Source: Trichormus sp. ATA11-4-KO1
GTDB lineage: Bacteria > Cyanobacteriota > Cyanobacteriia > Cyanobacteriales > Nostocaceae
Reading direction: 5' to 3'
DNA: 64,000 nt
NCBI GenBank assembly: GCA_019358915.1
Contig: JAHHIM010000073.1
Coordinates: forward strand, 224,001 to 288,000
Every line of letters starts with the position of its first letter. Within the stretch, counting starts at the first letter, position 1. A model generated the notes under the pieces. The model was not told the origin of the DNA. It did not search any database and worked only from the letters and a program-made list of their open reading frames with translations. A program made the position numbers and the translations under genes. Positions 31,178-42,016 of this stretch are shown here, piece after piece.

Positions 31178-31709
31178 CTTCCCTACCTTTTAATACATCA
31201 CAAATTGCCGCAATTATCTGAGGATAAGCCCCACAACGACACAGATTGCCACTCATTTTTTCTCGAATTTCCGCCTCAGATTTCGGTGTCTCTTCCAATA
31301 TCATCCCTAAGGCAGATACAATTTGCCCTGATGTACAGTAACCACATTGAAAAGCATCATAGGTGAGAAAAGCTGTTTGCAGAGGGTGGAGTTGGCCATC
31401 TGTTGCCAAACCTTCAATCGTAGTAATTGATGCACCAACATGCATGATAGCTAAAGTCATACAAGAGTTAATCCGCCGATTATTCACCAATACAGTACAA
31501 GCCCCACATTCGCCGCGATCGCAAGCTTTTTTAGTACCCATCAGACCTAGCTTTTCCCGCAGGGCATCAAGTAAAGTAACGCGGGGTTCTATTTTCAAAG
31601 AATAGGAGACCTGATTGACATTCAGCGATAAATCAACTTCCTCTGGCCCCAATATTTGCAATTCCTGGTTAAAAGAGTGGGAACTTATCGAATTTTCTGA
31701 CATTTTCAA
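31164..31709 (-). CDS. Xanthine dehydrogenase family [2Fe-2S] subunit (PaoA/YagT-like)
   Basis: KKACDRGECGACTV, QCGYCTSG, GNLCRCGAY. Confidence 0.92.
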   Translation of the reverse strand: MKMSENSISSHSFNQELQILGPEEVDLSLNVNQVSYSLKIEPRVTLLDALREKLGLMGTKKACDRGECGACTVLVNNRRINSCMTLAIMHVGASITTIEGLATDGQLHPLQTAFLTYDAFQCGYCTSGQIVSALGMILEETPKSEAEIREKMSGNLCRCGAYPQIIAAICDVLKGREDAAV

Positions 31710-31848
31710 TACATTTGCTGTTATTACATATATTATCCCTCTTCAGGCTGTGAAACTTCACACAATTGTTGATTAACTTAGTAAATACAGCACTTAAGGA
31801 TATCATTTAGCTATAACAATCCTAAATCATTCATGAAATCTTTCTTCT

Positions 31849-31878
31849 CTTGGCGTATTTGGCGACTTGGCGGTGCGT
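31849..31878 (-). repeat. Periodic CGCCAAG repeat within a degenerate MITE-like end (CTATAACAATCCTAAATCATTC at 31811)
   Basis: Minus strand CACCGCCAAGTCGCCAAATACGCCAAG; related to 50041-50066. Confidence 0.6.
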
Positions 31879-32014
31879 AATTTTTTTAAACTTAATATAT
31901 TTACTAAAACTTTTATAACTTACGCAATAACTCTCTAAAACTTTTATTTCTTAGTATCCTTTGCAGTTTATTTCCTGCTTTTTTTATACACTATATTTCA
32001 ACCAAAAAACAAAT

Positions 32015-33217
32015 ATGTCAGATAAAACTTCAACTCAAAAATCACCCAGATTAAAACTAGATAAAATTGCCATCATCGGTGCCGGCCCTGGTGGTTTAGC
32101 TGCTGCCATAGCATTGCAAAACATAGGGTTTAACGTGCAAGTATACGAAAAAGCCAAAGAATTTCGCCCGGCTGGTACAGGTTTAGGATTAGCTCCCAAC
32201 GGCTTAAACTGCCTAGAGGCGATCGCACCGGGAATAGTTGCAGCACTTAAAAGTTCAGGATGCCAAGTTAACCAAACAGTTTTAAAAAATATTCATGGCG
32301 AAACTATTCGAGCTAATACAAGCCAGTTTTTAGAGAAATATGGACAACCATTACTAACTGTTTGGTGGTGGCGCTTGCAGCAAACTCTAGCATCCCGATT
32401 ACCATCTGACATCATCCACCTCAATCATCATTGCATCGGCTTTAAACAAAATGACAATGGTGTAGAAATCTATTTTGATGGTGGTAAAACAGTATATGCA
32501 GATTTGCTCATCGGTGCTGATGGCGTTAACTCAGTAATCAGAGAAACTTTAACTGGAGAAGGTAAACCAAAATATATAGGTAGTATGTGTTGGCGTGCCG
32601 TCATCGAATATCATCATGAATTATTTAATTCCCACGATTTAATTTTTATCCAAGGCAATCAACAATTCATGTATCTGCTGAATGTGGGTAAGGGATATAC
32701 CAGTTGGATTACTCGCAAGTTATCGCCTAATTACTCTCTTTCTCAGACTGCTGATGAAGTCAAGTCTCGCATCCTTGATGAATTAACTGGCTGGGCAGAA
32801 ACTTTTCGGACAGTTGTAGCCGCGACACCAGCCGAGCAAATTTGGGAAGGGCCGATTTGCGATCGCCCACCATTAAATTCTTGGAGCCAAAGCAGAGTCA
32901 CCCTTTTAGGCGATGCTGCTCATCCCATGGCACCGGCGATGGGACAGGGAGCCAATACCACTTTTGAAGATGCATATGAATTACAAGCATCTTTTTCTCG
33001 CGCATCTAGTTTGACAGCAGCGCTAACTAGCTATGAAAAGAGCCGCATAGAGCGTACACAAATCATCCAAACCCGTAGTGCTGTAAGTGAAATGCGCTAC
33101 TACGAACCCAACAGGCAAACAACGAATAACGATGATTTTCAGAATTGGCTTTATGGGTACAAGCCATCGGTAGATAGAAAGGGAACAGGTGACAGTATGG
33201 GAATACAAGGTATTTAA
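32015..33217 (+). CDS. FAD-dependent monooxygenase (UbiH/salicylate hydroxylase-like)
   Basis: IIGAGPGGL, LLIGADGVNS, LLGDAAHPMAP..GQGAN; likely ATG at 32015. Confidence 0.9.
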   Translation: MSDKTSTQKSPRLKLDKIAIIGAGPGGLAAAIALQNIGFNVQVYEKAKEFRPAGTGLGLAPNGLNCLEAIAPGIVAALKSSGCQVNQTVLKNIHGETIRANTSQFLEKYGQPLLTVWWWRLQQTLASRLPSDIIHLNHHCIGFKQNDNGVEIYFDGGKTVYADLLIGADGVNSVIRETLTGEGKPKYIGSMCWRAVIEYHHELFNSHDLIFIQGNQQFMYLLNVGKGYTSWITRKLSPNYSLSQTADEVKSRILDELTGWAETFRTVVAATPAEQIWEGPICDRPPLNSWSQSRVTLLGDAAHPMAPAMGQGANTTFEDAYELQASFSRASSLTAALTSYEKSRIERTQIIQTRSAVSEMRYYEPNRQTTNNDDFQNWLYGYKPSVDRKGTGDSMGIQGI

Positions 33218-33226
33218 TGGCATGAC

Positions 33227-33357
33227 TAAGTAGGTAGGCACAAATAAAATCAACTATGTAAAGAAAAATGAATCAGCTTAAAACCCTCTTCCCTTCTGCC
33301 TCCTGCCTTCTGCCTTCTGCCTTATCCTAGCGATAAATTTTCTCACCCACCTACTTA
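33227..33357. mobile_element. MITE copy 1 (127 bp plus flanking TA on both sides)
   Basis: TA-AGTAGGTAGG...CCCACCTACT-TA terminal inverted repeats; differs from copies 2 and 3 by one base. Confidence 0.9.
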
Positions 33358-33437
33358 AGGGGCAAGTTTTGACCTTTAAGCTGCTACATCTAGCCTACCT
33401 TTTTTTAGCAACGCAACTATCAGATAAGGGTTCATGA

Positions 33438-34064
33438 ATGAATAAATTAATTAATGAAACACGAGTGATTTTAATTGGCGGCTCCTCTCATGCAGGCAAA
33501 TCGACCCTTGGCCGAGCTTTAGCGGCAAAGCTTGGTTGGAGTTATCGTTCTACGGACAAACTCGCTCGGCATCCCGGACGTCCTTGGGTAGGTGCAAATG
33601 GAAAGGCTATTCCAGCACACGTAATGGAATATTATAGGAAGCTGTCTGTTGAAGCTCTTTTTTTAGACGTATTGTCGCATTATGAGAAAAATGTGGTGCC
33701 ACAGGTCGAGGTTATTGTTCATTCTCATGCCTCTGATTTATCAACGGAATGCCTCACATTTGAAGGATCTGCGTTATGGCCAGGATTTGTAGCGAATTTA
33801 GTTGGCGAAAATGGTGTTAAAGCAATTTGGCTAACGGCTAGGGAGCAACTCTTCCGAAACCGAATTTTTAGTGAAAGTAATTTTTGTCATGTATGTAAGG
33901 ATGAAAAACACTTAATTCAAAAGTTTCTAGACCGTACCCTACTCTACAATAAACATATGAGGGAAGAGGTTGAGCGTCTAGGATTTATGTGTATTGATGT
34001 AGAATCTATTGCAACAGCAGACGAACTTTCAAAGAAATGTATGGAATTGATGGAGGCTTCGTAA
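33438..34064 (+). CDS. P-loop kinase-like protein (2-phosphoglycerate kinase-like)
   Basis: Walker A GGSSHAGKST followed by STDKL; FEGSALWP. Confidence 0.7.
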   Translation: MNKLINETRVILIGGSSHAGKSTLGRALAAKLGWSYRSTDKLARHPGRPWVGANGKAIPAHVMEYYRKLSVEALFLDVLSHYEKNVVPQVEVIVHSHASDLSTECLTFEGSALWPGFVANLVGENGVKAIWLTAREQLFRNRIFSESNFCHVCKDEKHLIQKFLDRTLLYNKHMREEVERLGFMCIDVESIATADELSKKCMELMEAS

Positions 34065-34122
34065 ATGGGTAGTGTTGACGATGTTTGTGCCTATCTACGT
34101 TTCTTCATAAGGAAAGCCATAT

Positions 34123-34530
34123 ATGAAATTATCCTTAATCACAGCAACACATAAAAGACCAAATCAATTACAACAAATTTTACTTCCTAGTATTCTGGCA
34201 CAAACAAGCCATGACTTTGAATGGATTGTGATCAATGATGGTAGCGAGCAAGAAACTAAAGAAATTATTACCTCAATCAACTCGAATATAGAAATTAAAT
34301 ATTGGGAAACACCACACATAGGATTATGTGCATCTAGAAATTTAGGGTTAGAAAAGGCAATAGGTAAACTTGTAGGATTCATTGATAACGAATTAGAATA
34401 TATTTGGAAAAATAGATTTGAATATAAAATATTCGCAATTGTTGAACCAACTACATGGCTACCTGAAAAAATAGAAAAGTTAAAGATAAAAATTAAAAAT
34501 AATGAAAAATTAGCGGGCTTTTTAATTTAA
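34123..34530 (+). pseudogene. Truncated/chimeric glycosyltransferase family 2
   Basis: GT2 N-terminus (SLITATHKR, WIVINDGS, CASRNLGL) breaks off at the DxD position (FIDNE); only 135 aa. Confidence 0.6.
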
Positions 34531-34550
34531 ACAATTAAGCTTAAAGTCTA

Positions 34551-34578
34551 CATTCCCAGACAGTAGCCTGGGAACGAG
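34551..34578. repeat. REP-like palindrome CATTCCCAG..CTGGGAACGAG
   Basis: TTCCCAG/CTGGGAA stem between convergent genes. Confidence 0.6.
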
Positions 34579-34594
34579 AGAGTTCAGGGCTTAG

Positions 34595-36247
34595 TTACCC
34601 TTTACCTTTAAAAGAATCAAGCCAACCTTGAACTTGTTCACGGGCGATATCACGACTACCGAGGCCAAAAGATAGGGCAATAGCCACAGCGATCGCACCT
34701 AGCAAAAGTCCAAAGGCTAAATTCACAATGTCACTAGCAACGCCAATTTGTTGCAACGCCATTGCTGAAACTAGGGCAATGATTGAGATCCGCGCTACCT
34801 GGCCCAAAATGCGGGCTTGGCGCTCGCCGGAACTGGTAATGAGGTGAAACGCCAAATTTGCTAAGAATAAACCAATGGCAAATACAATCATTCCTGCCAA
34901 AATTCGCCCCAAGACTACGAGGATGCCTGTTACCAATGCTGTCAAAGCAGGAATATTGAGAATATTCACTGCTGCAACTGTGGCAAACAGCATAATCCCA
35001 ACTAAGGCGATAATACCTGCAAATTCTGATGGCGTGCGGACTGGTGGTCTTGGTGCTGTTTCGTCTTGGGGAACCGCAGTTACCCTGGTCAGTGATGGTA
35101 GACCCAGTACTGTGAAAATGTTGTTAAAGCCTAAACTAGTGAGAATACTAGTGACTAGATCCGCGACAAACCTACCTAAGAAGAAGGCCACAATTAAAAT
35201 TGCAACAGCTGTAAAGATGGCAGGTAATGTATTGAGTATCTGTTGCAACATGGCGATCGCAGGCACAGATATTGCATCAATTCTCAAGGCATTGAGTGCG
35301 GCGATCGCTACAGGAATCAAAATCAAAATATAGACGATGGTGCCTATAATAATCGATAAAGATTGCACTCCTGAAGATGAGGAAAGTCCCAAACGACTTC
35401 CTAAATGATCCATGCCAGTGCTGGCTAGTAAGTTGGTCACAATCCGCCGCACTACATTAGCTATAAACCAACCAACTGTAGCAATTAACGTCGCCGCTAG
35501 AATGTTGGGCAGAATTGACAGAATATCTGTAATCAGACCTTGTACTGGTAGTAGTGCCTGTCTGAGCGCCAGAGTATCCAAAACAGGTACGAGAAATAGT
35601 AAGAAGATAAACCAATACAGAGCATTACCAATTGTCTCACTCAAAGATAATCGGTTGAGATTGAGTGTATCGTCTTGCGCTTCTTGATTCAAACGCTCAT
35701 CTAATCTCAGCGCTTGTAATCCGCGTACTGTCACCAGTTTGACAATGGTTGCTAATAACCAAGCGACTCCTAAAAGGATTCCTGCACCAACCAACTTAGG
35801 CAAAAAGCCAATGAGTTGGTCAAGAAAATTATTCAGGGGTCGAGAAGCTACCTCCAGTTCCAGGGTCTGTAAAACAGCTACTACTGTGATTAAAATAATG
35901 CTCCAGAAAACTAACCCAGAGATTAATTTCTCTACCTGAGGAACGTCCCCAGAACCCGTTACCCCTGCGGCAATCCGGTTATCTATCTTGGTGCGATTCA
36001 GGATTCCTTTAGTGACCGCGGCCGCGATCGCCGCAATCAGCCAACCAACTAATAACAGTGCCGCCGCCCCCAATAAACGCGGGGTAAAGGCAATCACCTG
36101 TTGGACAATTCCTTGTACTTCAGCGATGCCTTCATTCACTCTTTGTTGATCTAGTGGTAGACTTGGCGATTGTGCCAAAAAATGCTGTACCCTCATCGAC
36201 AAACCACTGTCTATCAACTGGGTTATTCCTTGCCAAGTTGTGTGCAT
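34595..36247 (-). CDS. TM-helix repeat membrane protein (mechanosensitive channel/CmpX-like)
   Basis: Repeated P.L.GA..LL.VGW.IA TM units; C-terminal AIALSFGLGSR. Confidence 0.8.
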   Translation of the reverse strand: MHTTWQGITQLIDSGLSMRVQHFLAQSPSLPLDQQRVNEGIAEVQGIVQQVIAFTPRLLGAAALLLVGWLIAAIAAAVTKGILNRTKIDNRIAAGVTGSGDVPQVEKLISGLVFWSIILITVVAVLQTLELEVASRPLNNFLDQLIGFLPKLVGAGILLGVAWLLATIVKLVTVRGLQALRLDERLNQEAQDDTLNLNRLSLSETIGNALYWFIFLLFLVPVLDTLALRQALLPVQGLITDILSILPNILAATLIATVGWFIANVVRRIVTNLLASTGMDHLGSRLGLSSSSGVQSLSIIIGTIVYILILIPVAIAALNALRIDAISVPAIAMLQQILNTLPAIFTAVAILIVAFFLGRFVADLVTSILTSLGFNNIFTVLGLPSLTRVTAVPQDETAPRPPVRTPSEFAGIIALVGIMLFATVAAVNILNIPALTALVTGILVVLGRILAGMIVFAIGLFLANLAFHLITSSGERQARILGQVARISIIALVSAMALQQIGVASDIVNLAFGLLLGAIAVAIALSFGLGSRDIAREQVQGWLDSFKGKG

Positions 36248-36540
36248 GGTTTTCCGGTATTAAGGTGAGATGTTTGCTAAAAACACTTGTGATACTTATG
36301 GTTTGGCTGGATATGAAACAATCCTGTATCCCAGTAAGTTCACTAGTATTTTGCCTATCAATTTACCAGTAAATTGGCAGCAAACTCATATATGCAGTTA
36401 ATATCAATGATATTTTTTTTACTTTGTTATTTATTTTCTCGTTTTGTCAACGAATAACGCCAAACATATATATTTGTTGCAGCAATCCAGTGATTGATTT
36501 TGCGTTACTCTAGGTGCAGCAACAGCATAAAAAATGTGGA

Positions 36541-36990
36541 ATGTCCCAAGTTTTTACCCAATCGATTCAAATTAATGCCACAGCCACAGTGGTAGAGCGC
36601 TGCATTACCGACTTAACACTCATGCACCGTTGGCTGAATCCTGCCCTATGTTGCGAACCTGTGGGCGAAACTTGGAGTACTGATGTTGGTAGTCAAAGTC
36701 GGTTTGTCATTCAAATTCCTTTACTTAAACCCAGCCTAAATAGCGTTGTTGTAGAACGGCGACCGGGTTTAGTTGTTTGGGAATTTCAAGGATTTTTCCG
36801 AGGACGCGATCGCTGGGAATGTCAACCGTTAGCACAGGGAACCCTCCTACTCAACCGCTTTGAATTCGATATTCCCAACCCCATAGTCAGTTGGGGGTTC
36901 AAAAATTTCGCCGCCTCTTGGACTCAAGAAGATATGCAAGCTCAACTGCGTCGCCTCAAGCAAGTTGCAGAACAAGTACAAATTAATTAA
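36541..36990 (+). CDS. SRPBCC (polyketide cyclase-like) family protein
   Basis: FTQSIQINAT..MHRWLNP..VVWEFQGFF; C-terminal helix DMQAQLRRLK; likely ATG 36541. Confidence 0.75.
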   Translation: MSQVFTQSIQINATATVVERCITDLTLMHRWLNPALCCEPVGETWSTDVGSQSRFVIQIPLLKPSLNSVVVERRPGLVVWEFQGFFRGRDRWECQPLAQGTLLLNRFEFDIPNPIVSWGFKNFAASWTQEDMQAQLRRLKQVAEQVQIN

Positions 36991-37014
36991 GGTAATTCTT
37001 AATTCTGATCTCCT

Positions 37015-37833
37015 TCATTTCCCTAACTCAGCCAATAACCGCCGAATCACTACGGCATCTTCAGCATCCGGAACCTTTGCTAGATAATTTTCCAAGTCAT
37101 CAGCCGCTTGGGAATATTGACCAAGTTGATAGTAAAGTAAACCGCGATCGCGAACTTCTAAAATTACCTCAGGAAACAGCAGTACAAGTCTTTCAACCGC
37201 AGCTAAAGTTTTTTCTAACTTTTGTTGTTTGAGATAAATATATTTCAAATTCGTCAAGATTCTTGCTAAAAATTGTCGATTAGTTACCGGAGCTAAAAAG
37301 TCTGGTTGTAAACTCACAGGTTGCTGAAACATTTGAGATAATTGGTCTTCACAATCTTGGGCAAACATCACTTCACCGCGATTAAAAGCATCCACAAAAA
37401 TTTCCATATCTGGAATATCTGGGCGAATCAGGAAATGCCCTGGCATCCCCACCCCCACCATAGGAAAGTCAATTCTGCGAGCAATTTCCAGGTAAACCAG
37501 TGCCAAAGTAATAGGAATCCCCATGCGACGGTCAATCACATCATTTAAAAAGCTATTACAGGGGTCGTAGTAGTCTGTTTGATTACCAGCAAATCCTAAA
37601 TCAACGTAGAGATACTGGTTGAGAGTTTGAATCAGCCGCAAAGGATATCGTGAAGCAGGCAAGCATTCTTGAACTTCATCTGCCATTGTGTCCAGAGCGT
37701 TGAGATATTCCGCAGTATCAAGGTCAGGATATTCTTCCTGAGCAATATACAAAGCTGCCTTTGCTAGGTCAATCTGCTCGTCAGGTTGTTGAATTTCCTG
37801 GTAAAAATATAATCGTGCTGACGAGAAATTCAT
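37015..37833 (-). CDS. SirB1/YchA family transglutaminase-like TPR protein
   Basis: GFAGNQTDYYDPCNSFLNDVIDRRMGIPITL, GMPGHF, EVRDRGL. Confidence 0.9.
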   Translation of the reverse strand: MNFSSARLYFYQEIQQPDEQIDLAKAALYIAQEEYPDLDTAEYLNALDTMADEVQECLPASRYPLRLIQTLNQYLYVDLGFAGNQTDYYDPCNSFLNDVIDRRMGIPITLALVYLEIARRIDFPMVGVGMPGHFLIRPDIPDMEIFVDAFNRGEVMFAQDCEDQLSQMFQQPVSLQPDFLAPVTNRQFLARILTNLKYIYLKQQKLEKTLAAVERLVLLFPEVILEVRDRGLLYYQLGQYSQAADDLENYLAKVPDAEDAVVIRRLLAELGK

Positions 37834-38185
37834 AAGTAAATCCTGGGTGGAGGTATATGGAATGAACAGAAGCGATTAAAGCTAAATTTATAATGTATTT
37901 TTTTATAAGTACATATATAAACTTTAGCTAACAAATAAATTAATCATTAACCTACATAGATAGATATACAAATAAAAAAAATACGGTAAACCTAACTCAT
38001 AACTGAAAGGGCATTGGGCATACACAAGAGGCAGAAGGGCAGAAGAGTTAGGGAAATTATACTTAGTAATTTCCCTAACTCCCCACTCCCCACCTTCCCC
38101 ACTTCCCATTCCCGGAATTTGCTAGAGTTAACTCACCAGGATTTTTCGGTCAAATCTCTGATAACGCCAGCAGACGAGGCTATCC

Positions 38186-39658
38186 ATGCTTACAAGTACG
38201 CTACTTCTCTCGAACCAAATCCCCACCCTACAATACTCCTCTACACCAGAGCGATTCGATGAAACCTGGGAAGCCCCCCTGGCTACCCTCTTAGGATTAG
38301 GACGCGCCGCCGGCGCTGACTTCATCGAATTATTCTTAGAACGTCGCAATTACATCAGTTGTCTTGCAGAAGACGACGCTATTACCAGTATTTCACCCAG
38401 TCTAGCCACAGGTGCGGGAGTCAGAGTATTTCGCGGCAAAGCCGACTGCTACGTCAGCACCAACGACCTTTCGTTTTCTGGTTTGAAAGCAGCCTTAGAA
38501 AAAGGTCTATCTATTCTCGGATTACATCTACCTATACCTAACGCTTTTATCCCAGAAATCAACCTAGAATTACTCAGAGACTACGCCACAAAAAGAGGTA
38601 AAGATGCGTGGTTACCTGTGTGTAGTTCCATCCGGGAAATGGGAGAAGTCCTCCTTGATGGTACAGCCCAACTCCAGCGCAAGGCTAGCCATGTGCAATC
38701 CCGCCGGGCTTCTTATTTCCGGGATTGGCAAGAAGTATTAGTTGCTGCCAGTGATGGCACATTTGCTCGTGATATTCGCCTCACTCAATCGGTAGGCTTT
38801 AACCTCTTGTGTGCTGATGGTGCTAATCGCGCCTCCATCGGTGAACGCGCTGGTAACACTAGTGATGCTAACTTCCTGAGAACTTGGGATTATCAACAAG
38901 CATCTGAGCAAATTGCCGAATCTGCCGGGAAAATGCTCTATGCAGATTATGTCGAATCAGGCACTTACCCCATCATCATGGCAAATCACTTCGGTGGAGT
39001 CATTTTCCATGAAGCTTGCGGACACCTACTAGAAACAACTCAAATTGAACGCAAAACTACTCCCTTTGCAGACAAAAAAGGCGAAAAAATTGCCCATGAA
39101 AGTCTGACAGCCTGGGATGAAGGACGAGCAGAAAATGCCTTCGGTACAATTGATATGGACGACGAAGGTATGCCTGCTCAAAGAACACTATTAATAGAAA
39201 AAGGTGTTCTGAAAAACTTCTTAGCAGACAGAACAGGTTCTTCTCGCACCGGACATCCTAGAACTGGGAGTGGCCGCCGCCAGAATTATACTTTTGCCGC
39301 AGCTAGCCGGATGCGGAACACTTATATTGCTCCTGGCGAATACAGCATTGATGATTTATTTAACTCTGTTGATAAAGGCATTTACTGTAAGAAAATGGGT
39401 GGCGGTAGCGTTGGCGCTACAGGTCAATTTAACTTTGGTGTAGATGAAGCTTATTTGATTGAAAACGGCAAAATTACTAAACCGCTCAAGGGTGCCATCC
39501 TCATCGGCGAAGCTAAGGAAATTATGAACAAAATTTCCATGTGTTCCCAAGATTTGGAACTTGCGCCTGGGTTCTGTGGTTCCGTCAGTGGCAGTATCTA
39601 CACTACAGTAGGACAGCCCCACATCAAAGTTGATTCTATTACCGTAGGCGGACGATAA
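38186..39658 (+). CDS. tldD: Metalloprotease TldD
   Basis: FHEACGH, DDEG, TGSGRRQ..SRMRNTY, GFCGS..VGQP. Confidence 0.88.
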   Translation: MLTSTLLLSNQIPTLQYSSTPERFDETWEAPLATLLGLGRAAGADFIELFLERRNYISCLAEDDAITSISPSLATGAGVRVFRGKADCYVSTNDLSFSGLKAALEKGLSILGLHLPIPNAFIPEINLELLRDYATKRGKDAWLPVCSSIREMGEVLLDGTAQLQRKASHVQSRRASYFRDWQEVLVAASDGTFARDIRLTQSVGFNLLCADGANRASIGERAGNTSDANFLRTWDYQQASEQIAESAGKMLYADYVESGTYPIIMANHFGGVIFHEACGHLLETTQIERKTTPFADKKGEKIAHESLTAWDEGRAENAFGTIDMDDEGMPAQRTLLIEKGVLKNFLADRTGSSRTGHPRTGSGRRQNYTFAAASRMRNTYIAPGEYSIDDLFNSVDKGIYCKKMGGGSVGATGQFNFGVDEAYLIENGKITKPLKGAILIGEAKEIMNKISMCSQDLELAPGFCGSVSGSIYTTVGQPHIKVDSITVGGR

Positions 39659-39664
39659 AGAGTT

Positions 39665-39745
39665 CTTCGTGTCTTGGTGTCTTTGTGGTTTATCACTACG
39701 AAGACACAAAGTCACCAAGGAAATCCAAAATCCAAAATCCAAAAT
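39665..39745. repeat. Back-to-back inverted pair of periodic CACAAAG/CACCAAG repeats plus (AAATCCA)n
   Basis: cttcgtgtcttggtgtctttgtggtt / cactacgaagacacaaagtcaccaagg, then aaatcca x3. Confidence 0.7.
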
Positions 39746-39750
39746 TGACT

Positions 39751-41091
39751 ATGCCGAATATCACAGAAATTGCGAATAATGCCAAGGAAAATGCTAGTAA
39801 ACTTGGGATTAAGAAATTTGACATTTATGGCTCAACAATAGATGAAACTAGTGTCCAAGTAGATCAAGGTGAGCCGAAACAAGTTAAGGCTTCTAATCGC
39901 TCTGGGGTGACTGTTCGTGTCTGGAATGAAGACAATACAATGGGTGTTACCAGCACAACAGATGTAGATCCCCAGGGACTAGAATTAGCTTTAAAAACTG
40001 CCTACGAAGCTAGTTTTTTTGGTGTTAAGGAAAATGTTCCTGATTTTAGTCCAGAAGCAACTATGCCTATCCCCAATACACCTCAAGAAAAAGCACCCCA
40101 AGCACCTGTTTCTGAACTCATAAATAGTCTCCTTGGCGCTGAAAAAGAACTTTTAGCGGCGCATCAGGCCATCAAAGGAGTACCATATAATGGTTTAGCT
40201 CAAAGAGATATTGATAGATTCTATCTCAATAGCGATGGTGCAACCAGAATTGAATCTCATTCTTTAGCGTCGATTTATCTTTACAGCAAAACCGAAGAAG
40301 ACGGAAAAAAACCGCGTAGTGGTAGCGCTTTTAGAATTAACCGGAGTTTAAATAATTTAGATATTAATGGTTGTATTCAGGAAACAGCAGAAAAAACTAT
40401 CAGTCACTTGAATTATGAAAAAATCAAGTCTGGTAAATATCGAGTTGTTTTCTCTCCTGATGCTTTTTTAAGTTTGTTGGGTGCTTTTTCTAACTTATTT
40501 AATGCTCAAAGTATTTTGGATCATCAAAGTTTATCTAATCCTGAGGATTTAGGAAAGCAAATTGCTTCACCTCTGCTTTCAGTTTATGATGATGCACTGC
40601 ACCCTGCTAACGTGGCGGCGGAAACTTTTGATGGTGAAGGAACTCCTACTCGTCAGGTTTCACTGATTGAAAATGGCATTTTAAAAGGATTTCTACACAG
40701 TGCAGGAACTGCTAAAAGAATGAATGCTCAGCCAACAGGTAATGCCAGTATTGGTGCAAAAGTTAGTGTTAGTCCCAACTTCTATCATGTTTTTGCAGCA
40801 AGCTCACCTGAGGAAGAGTTAAGCTTAGACACTGCTGAAAATGTGATTTTTATCGATGATTTACAAGCTCTCCATGCAGGAGTTAAATCTTTACAAGGCT
40901 CGTTTTCTTTACCTTTTGATGGTTGGCTAGTTAACAAAGGTGTCAGGACGAGCGTTGAGTCAGCAACTGTTGCTGGTGATTTCTTAGAACTCCTGAAGTC
41001 GATTATTTATGTGGAAAAAGAAGTAGAGCTAACTCCTGGTGGAGTATGTCCTAAAGTTTGGGTTGACCAACTCTCGATTACTGGTGAGTAA
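39751..41091 (+). CDS. pmbA: TldE/PmbA family protein
   Basis: FDGEG, TGNA, GSFSL, VAGDFLELL; lacks HExxH; follows tldD; ATG at 39751. Confidence 0.82.
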   Translation: MPNITEIANNAKENASKLGIKKFDIYGSTIDETSVQVDQGEPKQVKASNRSGVTVRVWNEDNTMGVTSTTDVDPQGLELALKTAYEASFFGVKENVPDFSPEATMPIPNTPQEKAPQAPVSELINSLLGAEKELLAAHQAIKGVPYNGLAQRDIDRFYLNSDGATRIESHSLASIYLYSKTEEDGKKPRSGSAFRINRSLNNLDINGCIQETAEKTISHLNYEKIKSGKYRVVFSPDAFLSLLGAFSNLFNAQSILDHQSLSNPEDLGKQIASPLLSVYDDALHPANVAAETFDGEGTPTRQVSLIENGILKGFLHSAGTAKRMNAQPTGNASIGAKVSVSPNFYHVFAASSPEEELSLDTAENVIFIDDLQALHAGVKSLQGSFSLPFDGWLVNKGVRTSVESATVAGDFLELLKSIIYVEKEVELTPGGVCPKVWVDQLSITGE

Positions 41092-41129
41092 AATTTAAGA
41101 GTTAGGAGTGATTGATTAACTCTTAACTC

Positions 41130-41570
41130 TTATTCTTCACCGCCAACACCAAGATTGATATTAAATCCATCAGCACCATTTAAATTAGTACCAATCATCA
41201 CTGCACCATCTACTTGAGCATTATATAAGTGAGTATCGCTCAAGTCGGCATTCGTCAGATTAGCCTGGTTGAAGGTAGTACCACCAGCGAAAGCTTCTGA
41301 GAGATTAGCAGACATCAAATTAGCACCAGTTAAATCTGCGCCTTCTAAGTTAGCATGTTCTAAATTTGCACCTTTTAAATTTGCATTCCGTAAATCAACA
41401 CCAATTAGGTGAGCGCCTTTGAGGTTAGCATTTGTTAAATCACAGCCGTAACATTCTCTAGTCTCTAGTAACTGCTGTACCAGAGCAGATTTCTCGGTTG
41501 TAGCAGAAACAGGAGCAGCTAAAGATAGCGCACTGAATAACGCTGCTGCCGTTAAAAATATTGGTTTCAT
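41130..41570 (-). CDS. Secreted pentapeptide repeat protein
   Basis: Signal peptide, LLETRECYGCDL, A(N/D)LxG repeats. Confidence 0.92.
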   Translation of the reverse strand: MKPIFLTAAALFSALSLAAPVSATTEKSALVQQLLETRECYGCDLTNANLKGAHLIGVDLRNANLKGANLEHANLEGADLTGANLMSANLSEAFAGGTTFNQANLTNADLSDTHLYNAQVDGAVMIGTNLNGADGFNINLGVGGEE

Positions 41571-42016
41571 ATTTATTCACCTGCGATACTTCTAAAAGTT
41601 AATTCAATAACTTCTATAGTTCCATTGTCCCAAATTATTGAATTTTGTCCTCTGGCGATCGGAGGAATTTACTGATTAAACTGGGTCAAAAACTAGATTC
41701 AGTATATTACCTGAGTTAGAGAAGCGATACCCAAAGTTGTATCTTATACCACCATCAAAAACTACTTGATATTTCTCACGTCAGGCTAATTGCAATGGTC
41801 ACCTAAAAGATCAATACTGTTTGATAAGGCTAAAACTCAATATTCCCGTAGTGGCGTGGCAAGCCTAAAATAGCAGAAATTGTCATGAGGTCATGCGGTA
41901 ACAAATAAACCTAATCGTAAAGTAATATTACAAAGCTTGCAAAAATATTGAGAAATTGTCGGTCAGCCACACATGGCTCTAACGTAGAACCTAATAGGAG
42001 AGACTTGAGGCAAATC

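Noticed and set aside
34875..35939. Antisense ORFs in the TM-repeat gene, and other short nested ORFs throughout the window
   Set aside because: Shadow frames of well-supported genes with no independent evidence.
41848..41975. Possible degenerate MITE or sRNA (GTAGTGGCGTGGCAAGCC...)
   Set aside because: Only one plausible end and a weak inverted repeat; boundaries cannot be supported.
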